Shown: piece by piece, positions 47,675 through 57,351 of the stretch
How positions within the stretch are numbered: the stretch's first letter is position 1
How the letters are laid out: each line of letters opens with the position of its first letter
Assembly: GCA_964521625.1 (NCBI GenBank)
Contig: CAZFSM010000003.1
Location: 143,801-207,800, forward strand
Reading direction: 5' to 3'
DNA: 64,000 nt
DNA from: an uncultured Veillonellaceae bacterium
Lineage (GTDB): Bacteria > Bacillota > Negativicutes > UBA1444
Notes under the pieces: model-generated
The model's input: only the letters and a program-made list of their open reading frames with translations
The model's database searches: none
Told to the model about the DNA's origin: nothing
Program-made: the position numbers and the translations under genes

Positions 47675-47949
47675 CCGCCTCCGTTATCCCCTGCTCATAA
47701 TAAAAAAAGCTACCGAACCCCTAATAGGAGTGTCGAGCAGCTCTGCTCTGTCAGTGACGAAAAACTGACACTATTATTTAGTATTATACGTGGCGGATGA
47801 TCAATTGGCAAGTCGAGCGTCGCTTACTTAATAATAGCCATCATCACCGGATCTACCTTGATCATGACCGCAACGGAACGAATGAAGGGTTTACACTGCT
47901 AACAGAGAATTAGTTAAGAATCGAATCCGAGAAAAGAGGAGTCCTATTT

Positions 47950-48675
47950 GTGAAAAAGTTGCTAACCGTGATGATCATGTTTTGTTTGGTAGGAATGGGC
48001 GTAGGACAAGCAGCAGTTCCAGCCAAAGACTACAATGAAACCGCCAGCCAAGTTCTTAAAAGCGCTGTTACAAGCGATGACGCAGAGCAAGTAAAACAGT
48101 CCTTTGCTATGGGAGCCGACCCCAATTACTTACAAGGTCGCTCGGATGCACCATTCAACCGCGCAATAATGAAATCTAAATCCACGGCTATTGTTCAATG
48201 TTTTATTGATAATGGGGTTGATGTTAATTTCAAAGCAGTGGGTAACGGCAGCTATCCGTCCGCTCTGGCAACGGCAATGAGTGAACGGCGTTTGGATATG
48301 GTTGAAATGTTGCTTAATGCCGGGGCGGACCCCAATCTAAGCTTCGATAGCGAAGTTAACGAAGGCAGCTTTATTACTGATGTGCAAGAACAGACTATCG
48401 TTTTTTGGGCAGTACGATCAGATAAACCGATTGATTTAAATATTTTAAAATTATTAATCGAAAAAGGCGCCAACATAAATAAAGCAGATAGTTTGGGAAA
48501 TACGCCTTTAATGACTGCCTGTGAACTAGGCAAAATTGAAAGTGTCAAACTTTTATTGACAAACGGCGCAAATCCCAATCAAGCCAACAAAAAATCAAAA
48601 AAACCTTTGGATTTTGCAATAAAATCAGGCCATCTGGCGCTAATAAATCTATTAAGTCCCCTCACGAAAAATTAG
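47950..48675 (+). CDS. secreted ankyrin-repeat protein
   Basis: GTG start with GAGGAG RBS. Signal peptide MKKLLTVMIMFCLVGMGVGQA. Several repeats of the G-x-TPL/D-x-N-x-x-D ankyrin consensus. Gene visibly AT-rich relative to flanks. Confidence 0.75.
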   Translation: MKKLLTVMIMFCLVGMGVGQAAVPAKDYNETASQVLKSAVTSDDAEQVKQSFAMGADPNYLQGRSDAPFNRAIMKSKSTAIVQCFIDNGVDVNFKAVGNGSYPSALATAMSERRLDMVEMLLNAGADPNLSFDSEVNEGSFITDVQEQTIVFWAVRSDKPIDLNILKLLIEKGANINKADSLGNTPLMTACELGKIESVKLLLTNGANPNQANKKSKKPLDFAIKSGHLALINLLSPLTKN

Positions 48676-48768
48676 CTGCGATTAGAAGCATCAAGGCACT
48701 CGTAAATTGGCAGTAATGGCAGCCACTTTTACATCATCACCCATCAGCTCCAGCCGCGCGACCAAAAC

Positions 48769-48806
48769 AAATCCGGGCAGAATCTCCTGCAGAGATTCTG
48801 CCCGGA
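48769..48806. terminator. bidirectional perfect hairpin between ankyrin gene and gdhA
   Basis: CCGGGCAGAATCTCCTGCAGAGATTCTGCCCGG perfect palindrome. Confidence 0.6.
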
Positions 48807-48861
48807 TTTGTATACGTTCCGCTTGGTCAGTTGGCAATACCGTGATCAGGCAGCCAGAAAA

Positions 48862-50121
48862 TCAGGGGAACACCCCGCGCAGTTTTTTCGCTTTGACGAC
48901 ACGGCCGAGGGCCAACATATAGGCTGCCATTCGGAAGGAAACTTTTTTCTGTTCATGTAGTTCCCATATCTCGGCAAATGCCTTGTTCATGATTTTTTCC
49001 AGATTGAGGTTTATGTACTCCTCATCCCACATGAACGACTCGTTATTCTGCACCCACTCAAAATAGGAAACAACCACGCCGCCCGCATTAGTAAGAATAT
49101 CAGGCAGAACGATCACGCCTTTTTGCTGGAGCACTTCATCGGCCTCATTGGTTGTCGGTCCGTTAGCGCCTTCGAGGATGATCCGGGCGCGGATCTTTTC
49201 AACATTATGCAAATTGATCTGGTTTTCCAGTGCCGCCAGGAACAGGACATCGACGTCAAGCGTCAACAGGTCGGCTTGGGGAATCACCTCGAGCCCCGGC
49301 TCCGAATAACCGAGCAGGGATTTTTTATTCTGCTCGGCATAAGCAATCGCCGCCGGCACATCAATGCCGTCTTTTTTGTATAGCGCGCAAAATGCATCGC
49401 CAATCGCCACGATCTTGAATCCTTTGTCATACATCAACTTGGCGCCAGTGCTACCGACATTACCAAAACCCTGGACAGCCAGTCGCGTATCCGCCGGGTT
49501 TTCGCCGCTTTTCTGCATGTAGTTCAACAAGGTGATCATCGCGCCGCGTCCGGTTGCCTCACGCCGACCCAGTGAACCGCCAATTTCAAGCGGCTTGCCG
49601 GTAACAACACCGGGAATGGCATACCCTTTCAACATGCTGAACGTATCCATGATCCAGGCCATCACCTGCGCGTCAGTGTTAACATCTGGCGCCGGAATAT
49701 CCTTGTCCGGTCCGATAATTGGCATAATCATCGTGGTATAGCGGCGGGTCATCTTGCGCAACTCTGATTCACTCAGTTTGCTCGGGTCGCAGGTAACGCC
49801 GCCTTTGGCTCCGCCATAAGGGATGCCCACCACGGCGCACTTCCAGGTCATCCAGGCCGCCAACGCCTTGACTTCATCCAGATTGGTGTCCGGGTGAAAA
49901 CGAATGCCGCCTTTGCACGGGCCACGCGTACTGCTGTGCTGCACCCGGTAACCCTGGAATACTTCCGTGTGGCCATCATCCATTACGACCGGCACGGAAA
50001 CCAATAGTTCCCGCTCAGGCGTCCGCAATGTGACATAATCGTTGTAGGTTAGTCCCAGATTTTTAGCTGCTTCGTCCAGTACGCCCAACATGCTTTCATA
50101 CGGATTGTAATTATGGGTCAT
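48862..50121 (-). CDS. gdhA: NAD(P)-dependent glutamate dehydrogenase
   Basis: GGxRFHP and GIPYGGAKGG motifs of Glu/Leu/Phe/Val dehydrogenases. Confidence 0.9.
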   Translation of the reverse strand: MTHNYNPYESMLGVLDEAAKNLGLTYNDYVTLRTPERELLVSVPVVMDDGHTEVFQGYRVQHSSTRGPCKGGIRFHPDTNLDEVKALAAWMTWKCAVVGIPYGGAKGGVTCDPSKLSESELRKMTRRYTTMIMPIIGPDKDIPAPDVNTDAQVMAWIMDTFSMLKGYAIPGVVTGKPLEIGGSLGRREATGRGAMITLLNYMQKSGENPADTRLAVQGFGNVGSTGAKLMYDKGFKIVAIGDAFCALYKKDGIDVPAAIAYAEQNKKSLLGYSEPGLEVIPQADLLTLDVDVLFLAALENQINLHNVEKIRARIILEGANGPTTNEADEVLQQKGVIVLPDILTNAGGVVVSYFEWVQNNESFMWDEEYINLNLEKIMNKAFAEIWELHEQKKVSFRMAAYMLALGRVVKAKKLRGVFP

Positions 50122-50261
50122 TTCTCCACTCCCTTTATTTTGGTTTCATTGAATGCATCACTGCAATTTTTTCCTACCTGTTTAATCAGATTATAACATT
50201 GTTGAACATTGTATACAAGATACAGTTGAGATAATTCTGTCATTGAAATAAAAATAATAAA

Positions 50262-50294
50262 AATCCCCAGAAAATTTCCTGGGGATTTTTATTA
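50262..50294. terminator. bidirectional hairpin (ATCCCCAG...CTGGGGAT) with flanking A/T runs
   Basis: Seen in sequence between pcp and gdhA. Confidence 0.6.
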
Positions 50295-50321
50295 CACTGT
50301 AAAATATTCTGAAGAAACTGT

Positions 50322-50969
50322 TTAGCAGATCGTCCCGCCGGTCTGTTTGATGTCGCTTTCCGCCGACACAGCTGCCGCCAATGCGACTTCCAGTCCTTTG
50401 ACAATCGTCTCCACCGCCATACTCGGCTGGCCGCCCAACCGGGCCGCCTGTTCCGGCAGGTAAGGAATGTGCACGAACCCGCCGCGGACCCCATTGCCGC
50501 GCTCGGCCAGGCAGTGCATCAGGCCATAGAACAAGTGATTACAGACGAACGTGCCCGCCGAGTTCGATACAGCAGCCGGAATGCCGGCCTGCTTCATCGC
50601 CGCCACCATCGCCTTGATCGGCAAACTGCTCCAATAAGCGACTGGCGCCCCGGAGACAATCGCTTCGTCAACCGGTTGGAACCCGCCATTGTCAGGAATC
50701 CGGAAATCGTCCATGTTGATCGCCACCCGCTCCGGCGTGATTTCCAGACGGCCGCCGGCCTGTCCCACTGCCAGCACCAACACGGGCTCGGTCTCGGCAA
50801 TGAATTTTTCAATTGCTTCAATCGAGGCAAACCGGGTCACCGGCAATTCTTTCGTAACAACCTTATAGCCGCCAACCTGACGTCCATCGAGCAATTTGAT
50901 CGCTTCCAGCGCCGGATTGACCGGCTCACCGCCAAACGGGCCAAACCCGGTGACTAAAATATTCCGCAT
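50322..50969 (-). CDS. pcp: pyroglutamyl-peptidase I (pyrrolidone-carboxylate peptidase)
   Basis: NILVTGFGPFGGEPVNP N-terminus and catalytic region typical of Pcp. Confidence 0.85.
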   Translation of the reverse strand: MRNILVTGFGPFGGEPVNPALEAIKLLDGRQVGGYKVVTKELPVTRFASIEAIEKFIAETEPVLVLAVGQAGGRLEITPERVAINMDDFRIPDNGGFQPVDEAIVSGAPVAYWSSLPIKAMVAAMKQAGIPAAVSNSAGTFVCNHLFYGLMHCLAERGNGVRGGFVHIPYLPEQAARLGGQPSMAVETIVKGLEVALAAAVSAESDIKQTGGTIC

Positions 50970-50992
50970 GGTCTTGCCTCCTTATTTCTTGT

Positions 50993-51925
50993 TTATTTGC
51001 CGGGAAAGGCCAGGAAATACATCAGCAGGATATTGATGATCAGCATGGGTACCGCCGTCATCACCTGCGCCCGGATTACCCCGTTCTTATCCTGCATTTC
51101 CAGCAGCGCCGCCGGCACCACGTTGAAATTGGCAGCCATCGGCGTCAGCAATGTCCCGCAGTAACCGGACAGCATGGCAATCACACCGGCAATTGCCGGA
51201 TCCGCGCCATGCATTTTGATGACCAGCGGAATGCCAATGCCGGTAGTAATGACCGCAAACGCGGCAAAGGCATTGCCCATGATCATCGTAAACAGTGCCA
51301 TGCCCACACAATAGGCCACTACGGTAGCGAAGCGGATATCAACCGGCACGACGGTGGACACCATATCAGCCACCACTTGCCCGACTCCCGCTTTGGCAAA
51401 CAGAAAACCGAGCGCCGCCAGAAACTGTGACAGAATGATTGCCCAGCCCACGGCGTCCAAAAGCCGCCGCCCTTCTTGAAATGCCTGCACCGGCATTATC
51501 CGGGTCAAAGCAAACGCCATAACCAGAGCGACGACCGAACCAATGCCCAGGCCTACCAAGGCCCCCATCTTCGGCGCCAGCCAGGCGACGAGGAACGTAA
51601 CCACGGGAACGGCCAGCGCCGGACCAAACAGCCACCAACCGATCCGGTCGGCCATCTGGCGACGGAAATCTGCCGCAGCACTCCAATATTCGCCCATCCC
51701 CATCCATTTCGCGCCGGCGATCGCCGCCATCACGACGACAAGCCCGCCGACCACCGCTGGGGGAATCTCTTTACCCCAAATAAACGTTATGCCGTAAAGA
51801 CCCCAGAACGTTGCGGTTCCCGCTTTGGTCAGACCTGATTGTTTTTTGTCCAGCACCGTCAATACAGTGAATGCCAACAGAAAAATGCCGGTAATGGCAT
51901 ATATTTGATCCAATGTAACCATCAT
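50993..51925 (-). CDS. DUF979-family membrane protein (Pcp-associated)
   Basis: Polytopic membrane protein, 310 aa. Conserved neighbourhood with pcp as I recall it. Confidence 0.55.
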   Translation of the reverse strand: MMVTLDQIYAITGIFLLAFTVLTVLDKKQSGLTKAGTATFWGLYGITFIWGKEIPPAVVGGLVVVMAAIAGAKWMGMGEYWSAAADFRRQMADRIGWWLFGPALAVPVVTFLVAWLAPKMGALVGLGIGSVVALVMAFALTRIMPVQAFQEGRRLLDAVGWAIILSQFLAALGFLFAKAGVGQVVADMVSTVVPVDIRFATVVAYCVGMALFTMIMGNAFAAFAVITTGIGIPLVIKMHGADPAIAGVIAMLSGYCGTLLTPMAANFNVVPAALLEMQDKNGVIRAQVMTAVPMLIINILLMYFLAFPGK

Positions 51926-52602
51926 TTCTGTTCACCTGCCTCATTTGAGCCTGCAGCGCGAATCGCACGGTCCATGAGCAGATAACGGACTCCGGCGACA
52001 ATAGCGGCTGCCACAGCTGTGGGAATCGCATATTCAGCCATTTTCATCAGGTCCACTTTATAGCCGGCATTCTCCAAAACACCTTTGATCAGCAGCAAGC
52101 CGCCGGCCGCCGGAAACAACAGCTGACCGAAGAAGTTACCGTAGTTTTCCGATGAAGCCGACATGCCGCGAATCCGCTCCAGCCAGGCTGCGCTTTTCGC
52201 GCCTTCCCGCGCTGCCGCCGCTTCAGTCATCGGCGCAATAATCGGACGGATAAAGCTGGGATGCCCGCCCAGCTGCAGTCCCAGTCCCACCGTGACCTGA
52301 CGGAAGATCTGATAAGCAATCATCACGCGTCCGGCAGTCAAGGTCTTCATGCTGCGAATTAAATCCTCAGCTTTTTCCCGCAAGCCGAACCGTTCCAAGA
52401 TGCCGATGACCGGCAACACCAGAATCAGCAGCGACATGTAGCGGTTGGTGACAAAGGCCTGGCCAATCGCCTCCAAAATCTGCACCGGTGACAGTCCTGC
52501 CACCAAGCCCGTGGCAAATCCCGCTGCCAGAACGACCAACAATGGATTGAACCTGAATAACAAACCGATGATAACGATGGCAACCCCAATGAGTTTAATC
52601 AA
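51922..52602 (-). CDS. DUF969-family membrane protein (Pcp-associated)
   Basis: 226-aa membrane protein overlapping the DUF979 gene start. Confidence 0.55.
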   Translation of the reverse strand: MIKLIGVAIVIIGLLFRFNPLLVVLAAGFATGLVAGLSPVQILEAIGQAFVTNRYMSLLILVLPVIGILERFGLREKAEDLIRSMKTLTAGRVMIAYQIFRQVTVGLGLQLGGHPSFIRPIIAPMTEAAAAREGAKSAAWLERIRGMSASSENYGNFFGQLLFPAAGGLLLIKGVLENAGYKVDLMKMAEYAIPTAVAAAIVAGVRYLLMDRAIRAAGSNEAGEQK

Positions 52603-52643
52603 GATTCCTGCCTCCTTTTACTTTTGTTTTATCTGTTTGACGG

Positions 52644-53336
52644 TTATTGCACCCGGTCGGTATAGCCAGCCAGCGCTTCCAGGTCATTGATGACAATCTT
52701 CTTGTTTTTCATACTGATCAAGTGTTCCGCCATGAATTTCTTCAATACGCGGGTTACGGTAATGCGCGAGCAGCCAACATTGTGCGCTAGCTCCCCCTGG
52801 GTGAACAAAGTCGAAATCATCCGGGGATCCTGGCCGGGTTCCAGCGTATCCGAGCAGGCCGACAAGCGAATCAAGGCATCGGCGATCCGGCCGGTAGCGT
52901 CATTAAAGGTGTTGTTGGTCAACTGCAACAGAATAATCCGGTACTTGCGGGTTATGCTGTTAATAATGCAAGGATACACCTGGGGATTTTTTTCAATCGC
53001 TGTTTGCAGCAATTCCCTGTTGATATAGGATACTTCGGCGTCTTCCTTGGCCCGGACCAAAAAATTTAGCCCGCCGCCGCAGAACAGATTCATTTCGCCA
53101 AATATTTCCCCTGGTCGCATCGTGTACAGCAATCTTTCCGAGCCCTGAAAACTGAGGATACTTTTGGCGACCTTGCCTCTGACAACGATGGCAAAGCTGG
53201 AACGGGCCAGTTCACAGTCAATCGTCTGTTTTTTCTTATACTGTCGGATCACGCCGCGCTCAGACAACTCATTCAGAAAGTAGTGCCGCATCGCAATCTG
53301 CTTTTTTTCATCAAAGACATCTTCGTACACGAGCAT
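52644..53336 (-). CDS. Crp/Fnr family transcriptional regulator
   Basis: cNMP-binding fold (GEIFGEM) plus C-terminal HTH (GCSRITVTRVLKKF). Confidence 0.8.
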   Translation of the reverse strand: MLVYEDVFDEKKQIAMRHYFLNELSERGVIRQYKKKQTIDCELARSSFAIVVRGKVAKSILSFQGSERLLYTMRPGEIFGEMNLFCGGGLNFLVRAKEDAEVSYINRELLQTAIEKNPQVYPCIINSITRKYRIILLQLTNNTFNDATGRIADALIRLSACSDTLEPGQDPRMISTLFTQGELAHNVGCSRITVTRVLKKFMAEHLISMKNKKIVINDLEALAGYTDRVQ

Positions 53337-53566
53337 CCCTCCTGTATTAGCTCGATTCGGGACCAGAGAGACGCATTCCTGCTTGCGTTGTGTGATTTAT
53401 TTGACTATTAATTCGTATTATAAGATAGCTACTACTTTAAAAATGTATCACCGACTACATAATGGCATTTCGGAGGATAAAAAAACGAAGGAAACGGCCG
53501 CTTTCTATAACCCAAAGCACTGCCGATCCCTTCGTATTGTCTGTAATGAATTGCTTCGCAGCTATC

Positions 53567-55108
53567 TCAGCCTTGCGCCTGCAGATCGCCGACGATGGCT
53601 TCCACCTGGTTCACGATTGTTTCACCGACCAACAATCGGTACACTGTCGCAATATCCTCGGCCGGAACCCGGTCTTCGTCCAGATGCGGCACTTCCGCCC
53701 GGACAGCCTGATGCGCGGCCCGCACGCCAACGCCCGGGTCCAGTGGTTTCAAGAAGTCGAGTCCCTGCGCTGCGACCAACATCTCAATCGCAATAACATG
53801 GCGGACGTTTTCGAGAATCTCGCGCGACTGCCTAGCCGCAATCGTGCCCATGCTGACATGGTCCTCCTGATTGGCCGAAGTAGGAATCGAGTCGACGCAG
53901 GCGGGGTGAGCCAGCACTTTGTTCTCTGAAACGAGAGCCGCCGCCGTGTATTGGGTGATCATCAGGCCGGAATCGACGCCGGGATAAGCCGTAAGAAACG
54001 GCGGCAAATCGCTGAGATGCGCATCCAGCATCCGGTTCACCCGCCGCTCGGAAATGCTGCCGATCTCCGCCAGCGCCGTCTTCAGATAATCCATCACGAG
54101 AGCCACCGGTTGTCCATGGAAATTGCCTCCAGAGATCACTTCGCCCGTGTCGGGGAAAATCAACGGATTATCGGTAGCCGAATTCATCTCGATCACAATC
54201 GTTTCCTGGGCCCGGCGCACTGCGTCTTTGGACGCGCCATGCACCTGCGGCACGCAGCGCAGTGAATAGGCATCCTGCACCTTGCCGCAATGCTCGTGCG
54301 ATTCCATGATCCGACTATCAGATGTTAATCTCAGCAGATTGCCGCTGGTCGCCAGCTGGCCCGGATGCGGCCGTATTCGGCTAATCCGCTCGTCATAGGC
54401 GGCGCGGGTTCCCCGCAACGCTTCCAGCGACATCGCAGCCGCGATGTCAGCCGCTTTCATCAGCAGCGCGGCATCGTGGACAACCAAAGCGCCAACTGCC
54501 GTCATGATCTGGGTGCCGTTAATCAGCGCCAACCCTTCTTTAGCGGCAAACGCCACCGGCGACAAGCCAACCGCCGCCAGTGCTGCGGCTCCTGTCACCA
54601 ATTTTCCGGCGACGAACGCCTTGCCTTCGCCCATCAGCACCAGGGCGATGTGTGATAACGGTGACAAATCACCGCTGGCGCCCACTGATCCCTTGCTGGG
54701 TACTGCCGGATACACACCCCGGTTGAGCAGTTCCAGCAACATATCGACCGTAGCCGGCCGGATGCCCGAATAGCCTTTAACCAGTGAATTGGCCCGCATC
54801 AGCATGGCAGTCCGTACCACATCCTCAGGCAGGCACTCGCCGACTCCCGCAGCATGACTCAAAATCAAGTTTCGCTGCAAAGCTTCGCGCTCTTCCGGCG
54901 AAATCCAGATTTGGCTGAGATTGCCGAAACCGGTGGAAATGCCGTAAACCGGTGTGGTGGAATCCAGTAACTTTTCGACGATGGCGCGACTGGCTGCCAA
55001 CTGTTGCCGCCCGGCCGCACTGATTTCAACTGTTTCCCGTTGTCTTGCCACCCGAACGACTTCAGAGAGAGTCAGCGAGTTTCCGTCAATACTTATCATT
55101 TCGCCCAT
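53567..55108 (-). CDS. hutH: histidine ammonia-lyase
   Basis: ASG (GSVGASGDL) MIO-forming motif; 513 aa; HAL family. Confidence 0.9.
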   Translation of the reverse strand: MGEMISIDGNSLTLSEVVRVARQRETVEISAAGRQQLAASRAIVEKLLDSTTPVYGISTGFGNLSQIWISPEEREALQRNLILSHAAGVGECLPEDVVRTAMLMRANSLVKGYSGIRPATVDMLLELLNRGVYPAVPSKGSVGASGDLSPLSHIALVLMGEGKAFVAGKLVTGAAALAAVGLSPVAFAAKEGLALINGTQIMTAVGALVVHDAALLMKAADIAAAMSLEALRGTRAAYDERISRIRPHPGQLATSGNLLRLTSDSRIMESHEHCGKVQDAYSLRCVPQVHGASKDAVRRAQETIVIEMNSATDNPLIFPDTGEVISGGNFHGQPVALVMDYLKTALAEIGSISERRVNRMLDAHLSDLPPFLTAYPGVDSGLMITQYTAAALVSENKVLAHPACVDSIPTSANQEDHVSMGTIAARQSREILENVRHVIAIEMLVAAQGLDFLKPLDPGVGVRAAHQAVRAEVPHLDEDRVPAEDIATVYRLLVGETIVNQVEAIVGDLQAQG

Positions 55109-55137
55109 CCTTTATCCATACTAAATTGGGTTGAGGT

Positions 55138-55812
55138 TTACTTCAGGGCATAAAATCCCGCCTGCAAACCGGAGGCCCATAAAATCTCCACTGTGGAAAA
55201 CCCGACCTGGCGCAATAGTTGCAGGTGCTCTTCAATGGGTATCGGCAATAGTTCGACGCCATAGCGACTGATGTGTTTTTCTACCTCTTCGGCCGGTTTG
55301 CCGCTGGCCAGCTGATGCTGCCGCCAGCGCTCTAGTCCGATCACCGTTGCCGCGTCGGAACAGGGCCGGATGGTTTCAAATGTCACATAGACGCCGCCCG
55401 GCTTTAGCGCCGCAAAGCAATTCTCAGTCGCCTGCCGGCGCTGCTCTTTAGTCAGATAGTGATGCGACATGATTGCCGTGACCACGTCGACCGGCGTTGC
55501 CAGTGACAAGGTTTCACTGCCGGACTGTATATATTGGGCTGCAACTCCCTGCATCTTTTCTCTGGCGATGTCCAGCATCGCCGCCGAGGGATCACAAAGA
55601 ATAAACTTCAGCCCGGCAAAACGCGCTACCGCTTTGGCCGCCAGGTTGCCGGTGCCGCAGCCCGTGTCCAGCCATAACGCAGGTTCCGGCATCACCGTGT
55701 GGACTATGTCCAGCGTTTCCAAATGAAATTGCGAATAACGGGGAATCGTTTTTTCGACATTGGCATCGTATAGCGCCGCTGACTGCGAAGTCGTGTTATC
55801 GCGATTTGTCAT
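55138..55812 (-). CDS. class I SAM-dependent methyltransferase
   Basis: LDTGCGTGN motif I. Start MTNRDN with GGGAGGT RBS. Confidence 0.65.
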   Translation of the reverse strand: MTNRDNTTSQSAALYDANVEKTIPRYSQFHLETLDIVHTVMPEPALWLDTGCGTGNLAAKAVARFAGLKFILCDPSAAMLDIAREKMQGVAAQYIQSGSETLSLATPVDVVTAIMSHHYLTKEQRRQATENCFAALKPGGVYVTFETIRPCSDAATVIGLERWRQHQLASGKPAEEVEKHISRYGVELLPIPIEEHLQLLRQVGFSTVEILWASGLQAGFYALK

Positions 55813-55832
55813 ATTACCTCCCGGTTGTCCGC

Positions 55833-56408
55833 TCATGGCGCTATCGCCAGGGCGTAGAAAAACGCCACAATTCCGCCGACGCCGCTGATCGCCCCCGCAT
55901 ACCAATACACATGGTTCTTGCTGATCGAGGACAACGACGAGAACAAGATGCCAATTTGCAGCAAAATCAAGGCCCGGCCAAAATTGCCGCCATAGACCTG
56001 ATAGTTGTCACGGGCGTCTTCCAACTTCTTGGCATCGGCCATGATCTCGGCTTTTTCTTTTTTATAACGGGCTATTTCCTTGTCGTATTCGGCTGTTTTT
56101 TCCCGGAAGCTTTTTTCAATGGCCGGCGTTGTCTGTTGGATCAGCCCCATCATATCGCGCTGGGTTTGATAGGCTGTCTCCTTGATGCTTTTCGCCTGGT
56201 AGTAAGCCCACTGGTCTGAAGCCTGACTCTGCGCCAACACCATTTTTGTGCTGTAAGCTCCAGCCTTGAATGAAGCCAATGTCGCACAAACTGCTAAAAA
56301 CAGGGTAGTGATGGCAATCAGCGTTGGGATATGGTCCTTCCATGTTTTTGCGGCCGGCGTGCTGGTGGTTTCTTTAATTCCCTGCGTTTCCTTGGTTGTC
56401 TCGGACAT
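55833..56408 (-). CDS. DUF4337-like membrane-anchored coiled-coil protein
   Basis: N-terminal TM (LIAITTLFLAVCATLASF), coiled-coil middle and C-terminal TM. Family assignment from memory. Confidence 0.35.
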   Translation of the reverse strand: MSETTKETQGIKETTSTPAAKTWKDHIPTLIAITTLFLAVCATLASFKAGAYSTKMVLAQSQASDQWAYYQAKSIKETAYQTQRDMMGLIQQTTPAIEKSFREKTAEYDKEIARYKKEKAEIMADAKKLEDARDNYQVYGGNFGRALILLQIGILFSSLSSISKNHVYWYAGAISGVGGIVAFFYALAIAP

Positions 56409-56483
56409 GTTGCTGTTTCATCCTTTCTGTTTGCTGATCATAAATTTTCTTTCATTTATAGTTGCGGTTCAAACTCCTTCGTT

Positions 56484-57335
56484 TTATTTATATGGTTTGC
56501 GCAGTTCGGCCAGTTCCTGGCGGCGGGCGATAAAGTTCTGCTTTATTGCTTCCAGGCGTTCTGCATGTTCTGTCATGCCTGCCGGTGAGTAACGATAGTG
56601 CTCCGGCGAATTCCACTGGCAATCCAGCGTCTGTCCCGGTTGCCCAGCGGTCCCGACCGTGCCGACGGCGCCACACATTACACAAGCAATCGCGCCGGTA
56701 TTTTTCAACCGCAGCAAGCCACTGCCACAGGCAGCACACACAATCTCGGCCGGATCCTGTCCAGCCTGCAACAGCTTGTCGCCAGCCGGCGGCGCTGAAT
56801 CAGCCAGTAACCGCAACACCATTTTTGTAGCCTGGTCCAAAGTCTCCGACCGCACCACTTCGCCGGGATTTGCTGCATGAACCGGCAATACCCCGACCAC
56901 ATCGAGATGCAGGAATCGGGCCACACTGACCGTCGCTTCCACTCCATAACCTTGCCAGCCTTCGACGCCGTAAGGTACCGCGACCACGCAGCGGCGGCCT
57001 GTGTAAGCGTCCGCCTCAGTCATCACACTGATCAGGCGATCATTGACCAGTTTCAGCCGGGTATGCATGCCCAGGAAGTACACCGGCGATGCCAGGATCA
57101 CCGCGTCCGCCTGCCTCACCTGTCGCAGCAGCTCATTAAATTCATCGTTAATTATACAGGAAACGCCCTTATCCAGACAAGCATAACAAGCTTTGCACGG
57201 CTCTATCGCAAGGTCCGGCAGACGCAGCAGCTTTTTTTCCAACGAATCCGGCAGCGCCGCCAACATCGCTTTGGCCAGAATCTCTGAATTACCGGTCTTG
57301 CGGGCCGAGGACACGATCGCCAACACTTTCATCTG
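56484..57335 (-). CDS. iron-sulfur flavoprotein (Isf-like NADPH-dependent FMN reductase family) with C-terminal Cys-rich extension
   Basis: MKVLAIVSSARKTGNS flavodoxin-like start. CKACYACLDKGVSC (Cx2Cx2Cx6C) Isf motif. Confidence 0.6.
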   Translation of the reverse strand, partial: QMKVLAIVSSARKTGNSEILAKAMLAALPDSLEKKLLRLPDLAIEPCKACYACLDKGVSCIINDEFNELLRQVRQADAVILASPVYFLGMHTRLKLVNDRLISVMTEADAYTGRRCVVAVPYGVEGWQGYGVEATVSVARFLHLDVVGVLPVHAANPGEVVRSETLDQATKMVLRLLADSAPPAGDKLLQAGQDPAEIVCAACGSGLLRLKNTGAIACVMCGAVGTVGTAGQPGQTLDCQWNSPEHYRYSPAGMTEHAERLEAIKQNFIARRQELAELRKPYK

Positions 57336-57351
57336 ATTCTCCCCCTGACAT

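Noticed and set aside
53337-53566. Hairpin ACGAAGG...CCTTCGT after hutH as terminator
   Set aside because: The loop of about 37 nt is too long for a reliable intrinsic terminator. Left uncalled.
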